The notes below the pieces were generated by a model that was not told where the DNA came from, ran no database searches, and worked only from the letters and a program-made list of their open reading frames with translations. From Spongiibacter sp. (lineage in GTDB: Bacteria > Pseudomonadota > Gammaproteobacteria > Pseudomonadales > Spongiibacteraceae), in contig JBFKEA010000002.1 in NCBI GenBank assembly GCA_041619375.1, positions 1,689 to 65,688 on the forward strand: a DNA stretch of 64,000 bases, read 5' to 3'. This document shows positions 1-9,024 of the stretch, in pieces. Within the stretch, counting starts at the first letter, position 1. Each line of letters starts with the position of its first letter. The translations under genes were made by a program, and so were the position numbers.

Positions 1-1083
1 GATCCCACGAATGGGCATCGGCGCGCCAGCCACTGGCACCTTAAAGCCGGTGGCCAAGACCACCGCGTCCACCTCGCGGCGCTCGCCATCGCGACTATAA
101 ATCGCCGTCTCATCCATCCGCGCGACGCCGTCGGCAATCACCTCAACGTTGGACTTACACAGGGCCGGATAGTAATCATCCGACAGCAGTACACGCTTAC
201 AGCCCATGGAATAGTTGGGCGTCAGCTTGCTGCGCAGCGCCGGATCTTTAACCACACTGCGCAGGTAGCTGCGCCCCGCCCACTCGCCGATGCGGGTAAA
301 TACGCTATCCCAAATAAACGCCGGCAGCACGCTCTCCATCTTGATGTACTGCAAGCGGCGAATCAGCTTCTGCAATATCGGCCAACGCTTGAAACGCAGT
401 TGCTCTGTGGCGCGCAATTCACGGTCGCGCTTGGGCAACACCCAGGGCGGCGTCCGCTGAAACACCGTTAACGCAGCCACTTTCGGCTGAATCGACGGAA
501 TCACTTGTATCGCACTGGCACCGGTACCCACTACCGCAACGCGCTTGCCGCGCAGCTCGTAATCGGTCTGCCATTCAGCGGTGTGCATCACCTTGCCTTT
601 AAAGCGATCCATGCCATCGATATTGGGGTACTGCGGAACATTGAGCGCCCCGATGGCCATTACCAAGGCACGGGCGCGCTGCACTTCTCCGCCGGCCAGC
701 ACTATTTGCCACTCACCGCTTCGCTCGCAGTAATTCGCGGCCGTAACTTGGGTAGAGAAACGAATCTTGCGCCGCAGCCGGTATTTGTCCGCGCAGTGGC
801 GCAGATAACGATGGATTTCCTGTTGCGGGCTAAACAGCCGTCCCCAGTTTGGGTTGGGCTCGAAAGAAAAAGAGTACAGGTGCGAGGGCACATCACAGGC
901 CGCGCCCGGGTAGAGATTATCCCGCCAAACTCCCCCCACATCTTCAGCTTGTTCAAAAATACGGTAGTTATCTATGCCGCTTTTCTGCAGCTGAATAGCC
1001 AAACCAATGCCGCCAAATCCGGCACCAACTATTGCCACGTCGAAAACGCCCGCCTGCTGGCGGCTATTATTGTCTGTACTCAT
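1..1083 (-). CDS. Flavin-containing (Baeyer-Villiger-type) monooxygenase, 3' end outside window
   Basis: Not in the ORF track because it runs off the left edge. Manual translation from ATG 1083 gives MSTDNNSRQQAGVFDVAIVGAGFGGIG (FAD Rossmann), GGVWRDNLYPGAACDVPSHLYS, fingerprint FKGKVMHTAEW and a second Rossmann VAVVGTGASAIQ. ATGA overlap with the upstream hydrolase stop. Confidence 0.9.
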   Translation of the reverse strand, partial: MSTDNNSRQQAGVFDVAIVGAGFGGIGLAIQLQKSGIDNYRIFEQAEDVGGVWRDNLYPGAACDVPSHLYSFSFEPNPNWGRLFSPQQEIHRYLRHCADKYRLRRKIRFSTQVTAANYCERSGEWQIVLAGGEVQRARALVMAIGALNVPQYPNIDGMDRFKGKVMHTAEWQTDYELRGKRVAVVGTGASAIQVIPSIQPKVAALTVFQRTPPWVLPKRDRELRATEQLRFKRWPILQKLIRRLQYIKMESVLPAFIWDSVFTRIGEWAGRSYLRSVVKDPALRSKLTPNYSMGCKRVLLSDDYYPALCKSNVEVIADGVARMDETAIYSRDGERREVDAVVLATGFKVPVAGAPMPIRGI

Positions 1084-2078
1084 ACTGAATATTCCGTTTT
1101 GCTGATCCAAAAATCACGCAACAACCGCGCTGTCTCCGCCGGTTCCTCAAGCATCGGCAAATGGCCAACCCCCGGCATAACCATCACCTGACAGTCGGCA
1201 ATCCGCTCGGCAAAGACATCACTGCAACTGGGGTCCAAAACTCGATCGCTATCTCCCCACAACACAAAGGTAGGGGCCTGAATATCGACGAGACGCTGCC
1301 AGGTATCCTGTAGCGAGGCCACCAAGTGGCCAAACAGATAGTGATTAACCGGGTGGCGATGACACATCTCCCCGGCCATCACCCAGGACAAGCCCATACC
1401 CAGCAAGCGGTGACGGCGGTGCAGACAGATCTGAAATACCATCGCCGCGTCGCCACGCCGCTGCGGCGCTAGATAATTGCGCCCCGCCGCCACGCCACTT
1501 TCCAATACACTCATGCGCCGGCCCGGGGCTCCGGCGGCATTCATCAGGCATACCGCGCTAACGCAGTCGGGGTGGCGAGCCGCCAGTTGCGCGGCAATCG
1601 CACCGCCCATCGAGCTCCCGGCGACAAATACTGGACCGCAGTTCAAGGTCTGGATGAGAGCCGCCAAGCGATCCACCTGAGCACCCAGGGCATAGTCGGC
1701 GCCGAAGCGGAACTCACTGCCGCCAAAACCTGGCAGGTCGGGCACTAGCAAGCGAAACTGGCTGGCCAAATGCGGCGCGATAAACGCCCAGTTCTCTCGA
1801 CTAGCGCCAAACCCGTGCAATAACAACAAGGTTGGACCGCTGAGGTTACCGCCCTGCCAATAGCTCAACTGGTGGCCATCGATACGCACACTGGCACTGC
1901 GCATGCCGGCCTGCAAACTCATCAGCGGCTGCAGCCGGCGCCACAAGGAGTGGCGCAGTGGCCGCCAAGCCTGCAGTGCAGCGGCGTCATAGCGGGCCAG
2001 CGGGCCCGCCAAAAACTGCTGATGCATCTGTTCTAGCATCGCACCAGCATCCGCCTGCGCAGACAGCGGCGCATTCAC
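1080..2078 (-). CDS. Alpha/beta-fold hydrolase (lipase/esterase)
   Basis: LLHGFGA, PDLPGFG, nucleophile elbow GSSMGG, WGDSD and GHLP motifs. Overlaps both neighbours by 4 nt. Confidence 0.88.
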   Translation of the reverse strand: MNAPLSAQADAGAMLEQMHQQFLAGPLARYDAAALQAWRPLRHSLWRRLQPLMSLQAGMRSASVRIDGHQLSYWQGGNLSGPTLLLLHGFGASRENWAFIAPHLASQFRLLVPDLPGFGGSEFRFGADYALGAQVDRLAALIQTLNCGPVFVAGSSMGGAIAAQLAARHPDCVSAVCLMNAAGAPGRRMSVLESGVAAGRNYLAPQRRGDAAMVFQICLHRRHRLLGMGLSWVMAGEMCHRHPVNHYLFGHLVASLQDTWQRLVDIQAPTFVLWGDSDRVLDPSCSDVFAERIADCQVMVMPGVGHLPMLEEPAETARLLRDFWISKTEYSV

Positions 2079-2953
2079 GCGCCCGCTCCCGCCAGCTTCT
2101 CGTAAGACTCTACTTCGCTCACCAACTCATCTACGTCGTCAAGAAAACGACGGTTGTCGTGGTCCCAGGGATGGAAGCCCGGTTTAAAGAAGTCCAGCCA
2201 ATCGGGAACAACCCGTCGCAACATACCCGGCGATCCCCACAGGAAGTTCATCGCGCCCAGCCAGCCGGTAATACTAAACAGCTTACCCTCGCGAGCCACC
2301 ATGCCGATATGAATGGGAATGACCATCACCCAGAACACCATGGTCGCCAAGAGCAGGGCTAAACAGCGACGGAAATACGCGATAGGGCCGCGGCCAACCG
2401 TTTGTTCATAGACATCAAACGCCACCGCCTTGTGCTCGGTTTCCTCCAGCGCATGCCAGCGCCACATCGCGGAAAAACGCGGCTCCGAACCCGCCAGAGC
2501 GCGCGGTTCTTTCAACAGGGAATCGGCCAGAATCGCCGTCAGGTGTTCTAGGGCAATGGTAATGGCCAGCTGACCCGCGCGACTTTCCACCTTGCGGGTA
2601 AAATTCAGCAGCCCGAGAATGATCCGCGAATTGCGCGCCGCCGGCATGCCGCGCTTCTCCAGCGCATCGTTATACTCTTCGTGCTCGCGACCGTGCATGG
2701 CCTCCTGGCCGATAAAAGCGCGCACCGCCTCCTTCAGCTCAGGGTCTTTAACCTCGTCGCGATAGGCGCGAACACTGTCGATAAAAAATCGCTCGCCATC
2801 GGGGAAAAACAGCGACATGGCATTAAAAAAATGGCTGACATGTACACCTTTGCCATGCCAATCACCGACCCGCTCCTCGGGAAGGTGAAACTCTAGATTA
2901 CGGCGTACTGGCATCACTTCTGTTTTCATAGTCCGATCCCTCAACTGAGTCAT
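2075..2953 (-). CDS. 'Metal-dependent hydrolase' family protein (PF10118-like, helical E/H-rich)
   Basis: FPDGERFF, FIGQEAMHGREH, ALEHLT, WHALEETEHKAVAFDV and FKPGFHPW motifs typical of the family. Confidence 0.85.
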   Translation of the reverse strand: MTQLRDRTMKTEVMPVRRNLEFHLPEERVGDWHGKGVHVSHFFNAMSLFFPDGERFFIDSVRAYRDEVKDPELKEAVRAFIGQEAMHGREHEEYNDALEKRGMPAARNSRIILGLLNFTRKVESRAGQLAITIALEHLTAILADSLLKEPRALAGSEPRFSAMWRWHALEETEHKAVAFDVYEQTVGRGPIAYFRRCLALLLATMVFWVMVIPIHIGMVAREGKLFSITGWLGAMNFLWGSPGMLRRVVPDWLDFFKPGFHPWDHDNRRFLDDVDELVSEVESYEKLAGAGA

Positions 2954-2962
2954 TAATCTATG

Positions 2963-3008
2963 TTACACCATATGATGTTATAATTAACATTACATCGTTT
3001 AATGTCAA
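2963..3008 (-). promoter_or_regulatory. Two ACAT-N6-RTG operator-like dyads and a TTGACA -35 element
   Basis: Minus strand TGACAT-TAAACG-ATGTAA (2990-3007) and TAACAT-CATATG-GTGTAA (2963-2980); TTGACA at 3003-3008. The matching -10 is ambiguous. Confidence 0.55.
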
Positions 3009-3048
3009 ATTAACTTTCGCTAATAAACGCTGAACTGAAACTTCACTA

Positions 3049-3729
3049 CTAAAAAGGATTGAAATTCCGATATTCCGGCCGCGCTACCACCTCTCGAAGC
3101 CGCTTCAGCGTCTCATAGGGGTTGTCGACAATCAGGCTATTGACCAGGCTGGCAGGCAGCGCTCCGCCCGGGTCCAAGTGCAACTGAAAGATCACCGCAG
3201 TGCGATTGTCAGCCTGAGGGCTCAGCTCAAAATACCCCTTAAGCGCCGGCACCCGCTTGGCCCCTTCTGCCTCGGGAATCAGCGCGCGCTTGGCGGCCGG
3301 CAACTGCTGCTCATCAAAACTCTGCAAACTGATGCGTGTCACCCGGGTATCGGCGTCCTGACTGATCTGATTGCGCAGCAGTAACACGCGGTCAGCCGCC
3401 GGCCACGGAAAGTCATTGACCAGATACTGATAGCGATCGAGCAATGACGGCTTGTACAGCAGCTGCGCCTCGCGACAGTTATGCATCCAGCTGACGAAGG
3501 CCGCCGTATCGTCCAACACCGCCATCAACTGATTGATCTCCGCGTCAATCACCGTTTCACCGCGAAACTCTCGAACCGCAGACCCGTCCACCGCCCGGGT
3601 ATACACGGCAATCCCCGCCTTATTTTTTTCCTCGCGCCACTCACTGGGCTCAGCGTAGCCCGCCCCAGCAAACGCCAGCGCAAGCCAAAATACCGAGCAC
3701 TGCTTTAACAACACAGCTAACAGCTTCAT
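3049..3729 (-). CDS. Exported START/SRPBCC lipid-binding domain protein
   Basis: N-terminal signal-like segment; GIAVYTR, FPWPAADR and DPGGALPASLVN motifs of bacterial START proteins. Confidence 0.82.
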   Translation of the reverse strand: MKLLAVLLKQCSVFWLALAFAGAGYAEPSEWREEKNKAGIAVYTRAVDGSAVREFRGETVIDAEINQLMAVLDDTAAFVSWMHNCREAQLLYKPSLLDRYQYLVNDFPWPAADRVLLLRNQISQDADTRVTRISLQSFDEQQLPAAKRALIPEAEGAKRVPALKGYFELSPQADNRTAVIFQLHLDPGGALPASLVNSLIVDNPYETLKRLREVVARPEYRNFNPF

Positions 3730-3785
3730 CTGCCTCTCCTTATTGCTTATTGGCTAAAGCGACGCCCCCGGCGCCGCGTCAAACA

Positions 3786-6260
3786 TCACATACGGTAGGT
3801 AAACTGCAGGGCAACTGAGCGCGGCGCCTCAATAAAACCGGTATGCCCGGTGGTGCCGAATAAGGTTTTTGCCAGTGGCGTGTCCGCGGCGTACACCACG
3901 ATGACTTCATCGGTGAGATTTTTGCCGATCAGCGCCACCTCCCAGCTGTGGTCTATCGCACCCACACCCAAGCGGCCATTCACCTTGTAGAAACCATCCT
4001 GCTCAACGCGGGGGTCGAGGTTGCTAGAGGGGTTGTATTTATCGGTGAAAATCACATCCAGCGAGGCACCAATGCCCAGGGTCGAACTAATCGGGCGCAT
4101 ATAACCCAGAATAAAGGTCCCCGACCAATCGGCCACATACTGGTTAGACATACCGCTGTAATCACAGTCGCGGCCGTTGGCCGCGTTCGGCTGCTGATCT
4201 TGGCGGCACTGACCGTTCTTAAAGTCTTTAAACTCGAAATCCAGCAGCGCCAGGGCACCCCCCAGGGTCAGGTAGTCGGTAACCTGCCAGCGGCCGTCCA
4301 TTTCAATACCCATGGTCACCGCTTCTTCCGCGTTACCCACTTGGAATCCAATCGTACCGTCGAAAATACTGATCTGCAGATTGCTGTACTCGGTATAAAA
4401 CGCCGCCACATTCAATTCTGCGGCGCCATCCAGCAGGCCGGTCTTCAAACCCAACTCATAGCTGACCGCCTCTTCTTCGTCATATTCGAAGGTACCTACT
4501 AACACCGTTTGATTAGCGACAACCGCATTGGGGTTGCGGAAAGTGAGTTCGTCGTCAGGTGTCGCGTTGGAGCGCGCATCAAAGCCGCCGGCCTTGAAGC
4601 CCTTGGTCGCCGTAAAGTAGGCCATTCCCTCGTCGGAATAGTCCCACTGCACATTCACCAGCGGGGAAAACTGGGTCTCGCTGCGCTCGCCCTTGAGGTT
4701 GTGCCGCTCCATCCCAAAAGTGATCGCAGCTACCGTATCCACCTCACCCATCGGCAGCTCATTGCCCTCGAGGTCGGTAATGGTCAGATGGCGACTGCCT
4801 CGTTTGTTCTCATAGGTATAGCGGCCGCCCAATGTCAGGCGCAGGGTATCGGCAACATTGATGGTTGACTGCAAAAATGCCGAGGCAATTTTTGACTTAC
4901 TGGTAAATTCACGCGGCCCTTTAATATCTGCAATCGCATTACCGGCATCGCCAAAACCCAGCACCTCATAGGGATCGGCAGCCAGGCCCAGGGGGTCGAG
5001 ATCACCCCGCGCGCCGCCTTCGATAAAGTCAGCCGCATTGAGCAACTCGACCACTAAATTCGAGTCCTGAATCAGCTCGTCGTGAAAGTTAAGATCGTTC
5101 TGCTGAAAATACAGGCCGGCGATATAATCGATTGTTTCACCACCGGGCGACACCCAGCGAAACTCTTGGCTCAGCTGCTGGTAATCTTCCTGCATGACGA
5201 ACTTAAACAGCTCCGCCGCCGTCGCATCACAGTCGCAGAGGTCGTCGTACTCATACTTGAGCAAGCCAGTAATCGCGCTGAACTCGTGACCCTCCGGGCT
5301 GACCCAGCTCATTTTAAGCGTGAGGTTATTGGTGTCGTTATTGCTGTAATTGCCGTTGGACGAACCCTTGTAGTCTTGATAGTTATTGCGCACCGACTCG
5401 TCGGTATCGACATCGAGGAACGGCGGATAGTAGCTGCGATCCAGAATTTCCGCCTGGGTGCGGCCAGCCAGAATAGGGTTGGATGACGTGGAAGGCTCGT
5501 CGTTAATCACCTCGCCGTGGCGACCCACCGTGTCGAACTTGCCCTTCTCAAATTTCAGCTCGGCGCGCAGTTGGTCGGTAACATCCCACACCCCTTTCAC
5601 ACGGAAGGTCGCCTGGTCGTACTGAGGCCCCTCAATATCCATATTGAGATCTTCCATGTAGCCGCCAAATTCGCGCAGGCGGGCAGCAAAGCGCAAACCG
5701 AAGGTATCGGTAACCGGACCCGACACCATCAAGTCAACCACCTTCTCGTCAAACTCGGGCTCGTATAGCGCCGAAAAAAGGCCTTCTACCTCCTCCCCAG
5801 AGGAGGCAGTAATAATATTCAGCGCGCCGGCGATACTGTTTTTACCCTGCAGAATATTCTGCGGCCCGCGCAGTACTTCGACCCTTTCCAGGTCGAGAAA
5901 CGGTGCCCTGGCGAGCTGTGCCCGGCCGTAGTGAATACCGTCGACATACATCCCCACCGACTGTTCAAAGCCTTGGTTCATGCCGGTGCCAATACCGCGC
6001 ACGTAAATATCGGTACTGATACCGCTCTCAGTTACCGTCAGGTTTGGCACATAGGCCTGCAGGTCCTCCATGCGGTTTATACCCGCTTCCATCATCTTAT
6101 CGCCGCCAATCGCGCTGACCGACACAGGAACATCTTGCAGACTCTGAGCACGATGCTGGGCGGTAACCACCACCTCTTCAAGCTTTGCCGCCCAGCCAGC
6201 GACAGGAATTGCGCAGGTCAGCGCTATGCTACCCACCCGCAATATGCTAAAACTACCCAT
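3786..6260 (-). CDS. TonB-dependent receptor
   Basis: Signal peptide, TonB box LEEVVVTAQ, plug motif DLERVEVLRGPQ, C-terminal KNLTDE...PRS...FTYRM. Confidence 0.95.
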   Translation of the reverse strand: MGSFSILRVGSIALTCAIPVAGWAAKLEEVVVTAQHRAQSLQDVPVSVSAIGGDKMMEAGINRMEDLQAYVPNLTVTESGISTDIYVRGIGTGMNQGFEQSVGMYVDGIHYGRAQLARAPFLDLERVEVLRGPQNILQGKNSIAGALNIITASSGEEVEGLFSALYEPEFDEKVVDLMVSGPVTDTFGLRFAARLREFGGYMEDLNMDIEGPQYDQATFRVKGVWDVTDQLRAELKFEKGKFDTVGRHGEVINDEPSTSSNPILAGRTQAEILDRSYYPPFLDVDTDESVRNNYQDYKGSSNGNYSNNDTNNLTLKMSWVSPEGHEFSAITGLLKYEYDDLCDCDATAAELFKFVMQEDYQQLSQEFRWVSPGGETIDYIAGLYFQQNDLNFHDELIQDSNLVVELLNAADFIEGGARGDLDPLGLAADPYEVLGFGDAGNAIADIKGPREFTSKSKIASAFLQSTINVADTLRLTLGGRYTYENKRGSRHLTITDLEGNELPMGEVDTVAAITFGMERHNLKGERSETQFSPLVNVQWDYSDEGMAYFTATKGFKAGGFDARSNATPDDELTFRNPNAVVANQTVLVGTFEYDEEEAVSYELGLKTGLLDGAAELNVAAFYTEYSNLQISIFDGTIGFQVGNAEEAVTMGIEMDGRWQVTDYLTLGGALALLDFEFKDFKNGQCRQDQQPNAANGRDCDYSGMSNQYVADWSGTFILGYMRPISSTLGIGASLDVIFTDKYNPSSNLDPRVEQDGFYKVNGRLGVGAIDHSWEVALIGKNLTDEVIVVYAADTPLAKTLFGTTGHTGFIEAPRSVALQFTYRM

Positions 6261-6292
6261 TCTGACACGCCCTTATGAATCAAATTATTATG

Positions 6293-6337
6293 TAACATTA
6301 TTTGATGAAACATAAATTGATGAGCAACTGCTGTCAA
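6293..6337 (-). promoter_or_regulatory. Sigma70-like promoter of the TonB receptor overlapped by two ACAT-N6-ATG dyads
   Basis: Minus strand TTGACA-N17-TATGTT. Plus strand TAACAT-TATTTG-ATGAAA (6293-6310) and AAACAT-AAATTG-ATGAGC (6308-6325). Confidence 0.55.
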
Positions 6338-6472
6338 GACCGGAACAAAAATTTGTGCACAAAATCGCCAGCATTAGGAGCTGTATTCTTACAAGCTATT
6401 GATTAAAATACTTTTTATCAAAAAGCCCAGACCCAAAGTCTGAACAAGCCCCCAGTCCGAGCAGTAAAACGC

Positions 6473-7306
6473 ATGCGATTCCCAGAAGACACCATAAACA
6501 ATATGGCCCAGTACCTGCCCCAAGGCGGCGAGCTCAATGCAGCAAAGGGCGACGAGGAAGTGCAACGCGAATACAGTGTTGAAGAGCTGGCGCTGGCCGC
6601 TAATACCACCGTGCGCAATATCCGCGCCTACCAAGACCGTGGGGTGTTACCACCACCAGCGCTGCGCGGCCGCAAGGGTATTTACAATAACCAACACCTG
6701 TCCCGACTTAGATTGATCGCCAACCTGCTCGAGCGCGGCTACACCCTTTCTTCAATTCGCGAACTGCTGTCGGCAATGGAACAGGGTATCGGTCTGAGCG
6801 AAGTTCTCGGCATGGAGTCGGCGATTAACTCTCCCTGGGGGAGCGAAGCGCCCGTAATCATATCCATGACTGAAATGGTGAAAATGTTTGGCACCAAGCT
6901 GACCCCCAGCGCCATCAAAAAAGCCGCCGAGCTCGACCTATTTTCAGTGAATGGCACCCAGCTTCGGGTGACCAGCATGAACACCCTGAAAGCCGCTGAG
7001 GAACTCTGTAAAACCGGTATTCCACTGGAAGAACTATTGAAAATATTGACTGTTATGCGCGGCAATGTGCAGCCGGTCGCCGACTCCTTCGTTAAGCTGG
7101 TCACCCAGCATGTGCTGGAACCCTATGGCGAGCAACCACTGCCCCCAAAAGAAGAGTTCCCACAGATTGCGGAGCTAGTATGGCGCTTGCGACCACTGGC
7201 GCAAATCGTAGTGGACGCCGAATTGGGGCGGGCTATGGACTACGCAGCAAGCCGCTTTCTGGCGGACAAGTTGGAGTCCATTCTCAAGCAGTTGCCTGAG
7301 GATTAA
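6473..7306 (+). CDS. MerR-family transcriptional regulator
   Basis: HTH YSVEELALAANTTVRNIRAYQDRGVLPPP...RLRLIANLLERGYTLSSI. Divergent from the TonB receptor. The true start may be ATG 6503. Confidence 0.88.
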   Translation: MRFPEDTINNMAQYLPQGGELNAAKGDEEVQREYSVEELALAANTTVRNIRAYQDRGVLPPPALRGRKGIYNNQHLSRLRLIANLLERGYTLSSIRELLSAMEQGIGLSEVLGMESAINSPWGSEAPVIISMTEMVKMFGTKLTPSAIKKAAELDLFSVNGTQLRVTSMNTLKAAEELCKTGIPLEELLKILTVMRGNVQPVADSFVKLVTQHVLEPYGEQPLPPKEEFPQIAELVWRLRPLAQIVVDAELGRAMDYAASRFLADKLESILKQLPED

Positions 7307-7995
7307 AAACAGTACTCGCTGGTCGGCAGCACATCAATTTCACTGAAATCGATAAACTTTGCACAGCTTTCCATCATTTGCTGCATACGCTGCTGGCACA
7401 GCTCGGGGCGACCCTCGGCATTATAAAAGGCCTCCGCACTGGCCATGGCGGCACCGGGAAAACACTCTTCGACGATCGCATGATAACTCGCGCCACCTTC
7501 GCTTAAGCCAGATACCACTCGGTTTTGTACATAACGGAAGGTCGACTGCGTATCGATCGCAATTTGGGTATGACTGTTCTTCCAATACCCCAGCCACTGC
7601 TCATAGCTCAAAAAGCTCGGACAGCGCAGCATCGCAACCTGGCTAAACCCAGGGGTACGCTGGCCGGCTGCGACGCTATGGCGACTGTTGCGAAGGGGCT
7701 CCTCAGCCTCAACGTGATACACCGCCATTTTAGTAGCGAACGGCCCAAGCAATGATATTGCACCATCGAGGTCGGCATCACTATCGACACAAAAACTGCA
7801 CATCACATCGAACAAGGCTTCTTCACTGCCAATACGCTTGTCGGCGGCAGCTTCGACATCAGCATCAGCCAAATTAAATTGCAGGCGACTGAGTCCCCCC
7901 AGCGCCAGCATTGCCGGGGGCAGCTCCGCCAACACGCGTTCGAAAAATACCGGGCTGGCCTGATCGGCCCACAGTAAAATTTGAATTTTGCGCAT
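7303..7995 (-). CDS. EthD-domain (dimeric alpha/beta barrel) protein
   Basis: LSYEQWLGYWKNSHTQIA...YVQNRVV...AIVEECF pattern of EthD-like domains. Confidence 0.7.
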   Translation of the reverse strand: MRKIQILLWADQASPVFFERVLAELPPAMLALGGLSRLQFNLADADVEAAADKRIGSEEALFDVMCSFCVDSDADLDGAISLLGPFATKMAVYHVEAEEPLRNSRHSVAAGQRTPGFSQVAMLRCPSFLSYEQWLGYWKNSHTQIAIDTQSTFRYVQNRVVSGLSEGGASYHAIVEECFPGAAMASAEAFYNAEGRPELCQQRMQQMMESCAKFIDFSEIDVLPTSEYCF

Positions 7996-8008
7996 TGACG
8001 GTTCCTAC

Positions 8009-8785
8009 TTAAATACCCAGCGGCGGTGTTGCCGTAGCAGCATTATCAATCAGCATTTCGGCCGCATTCACAAAACGCGACTCGTCAGAAGCGAGATAGG
8101 TCACCAGCGCGGCAATATCTTCGGGCTCGCACATGGGGTGCGCTTCAGTAGACAGTGACTCAATCTCTTCTCGGCTAGCTGTCTCGGCACCGGTAGCCAC
8201 CTTAAACACCATCGGCGTTTTAACCCCATCAGGGTGGATGGAATTACAGCGAATACCGTTGCGCTTCTCGCGGCAATACAGGGCGACAGATTTGGTCAAT
8301 GCCGCTACTGCGCCTTTACTGGCACTGTATGCCGCCACAAATGACATACCGTGCAAGGCAGCCACCGAAGACATATTGATAATGGAGCCGCCGTTGCCAG
8401 CCGCTTCCATCGCTGGAATCGCGGTTTTACAACCCAAGAACACCCCTTCACTGTTTACGGCGTTCACCCGACGGTAATCTTCAAGGCTGCAGTCCACGAC
8501 ATTGCCCAGAGCCATCATGCCGGCGTTATTGACCAACACGTCCAAACGGCCGAACTTCTCCACCGCCAGCTTCACCACATTCTGCCAATCGGCTTCATTA
8601 CTGACATCGTGTTTAACAAAAATGGCCTGCTCGCCAATTTGTTCGGCAACCGCCTGACCGTCTTTTTCATTCAGGTCCGTCAACACCACACTGGCGCCCT
8701 CAGCAGCCAGCATAATAGCGTCCGCTTTGCCCATACCACTGGCGGCACCCGTTACAATACAGACTTTTCCGGCAACTCTGCCCAT
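8009..8785 (-). CDS. SDR oxidoreductase (hydroxysteroid/cyclopentanol dehydrogenase-like)
   Basis: TGAASGMG, VNNAG, NMSS and YSASK motifs. Confidence 0.9.
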   Translation of the reverse strand: MGRVAGKVCIVTGAASGMGKADAIMLAAEGASVVLTDLNEKDGQAVAEQIGEQAIFVKHDVSNEADWQNVVKLAVEKFGRLDVLVNNAGMMALGNVVDCSLEDYRRVNAVNSEGVFLGCKTAIPAMEAAGNGGSIINMSSVAALHGMSFVAAYSASKGAVAALTKSVALYCREKRNGIRCNSIHPDGVKTPMVFKVATGAETASREEIESLSTEAHPMCEPEDIAALVTYLASDESRFVNAAEMLIDNAATATPPLGI

Positions 8786-9024
8786 TTTTCATAACCTCTT
8801 AGTATTTATTAATTGTGCCGAGAGCCGGTGGCTATCAGCCAAAAGCTACAGGATATTAACCTGTGAGCAGTAAATCATGGCGTCCCAAAAAAAACAGAGA
8901 TCCGCAATTACACTTTAGTAATATATAGTGACGACAAAGGCGTCGTTACAGTCGCTTAAACTAACGAAGGCATCAACTAGCCTCAGCGATTATAGCCGCA
9001 CCATTCTGCGTCACAGGAGCCACA

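Noticed and set aside
505-1191. 228-aa plus-strand ORF
   Set aside because: Antisense shadow of the flavin monooxygenase on the minus strand; no recognisable motifs.
8928-8949. Imperfect dyad GTGACGAC-N6-GTCGTTAC in the SDR/DUF1499 spacer
   Set aside because: Single occurrence with no associated regulator; cannot be told apart from chance.
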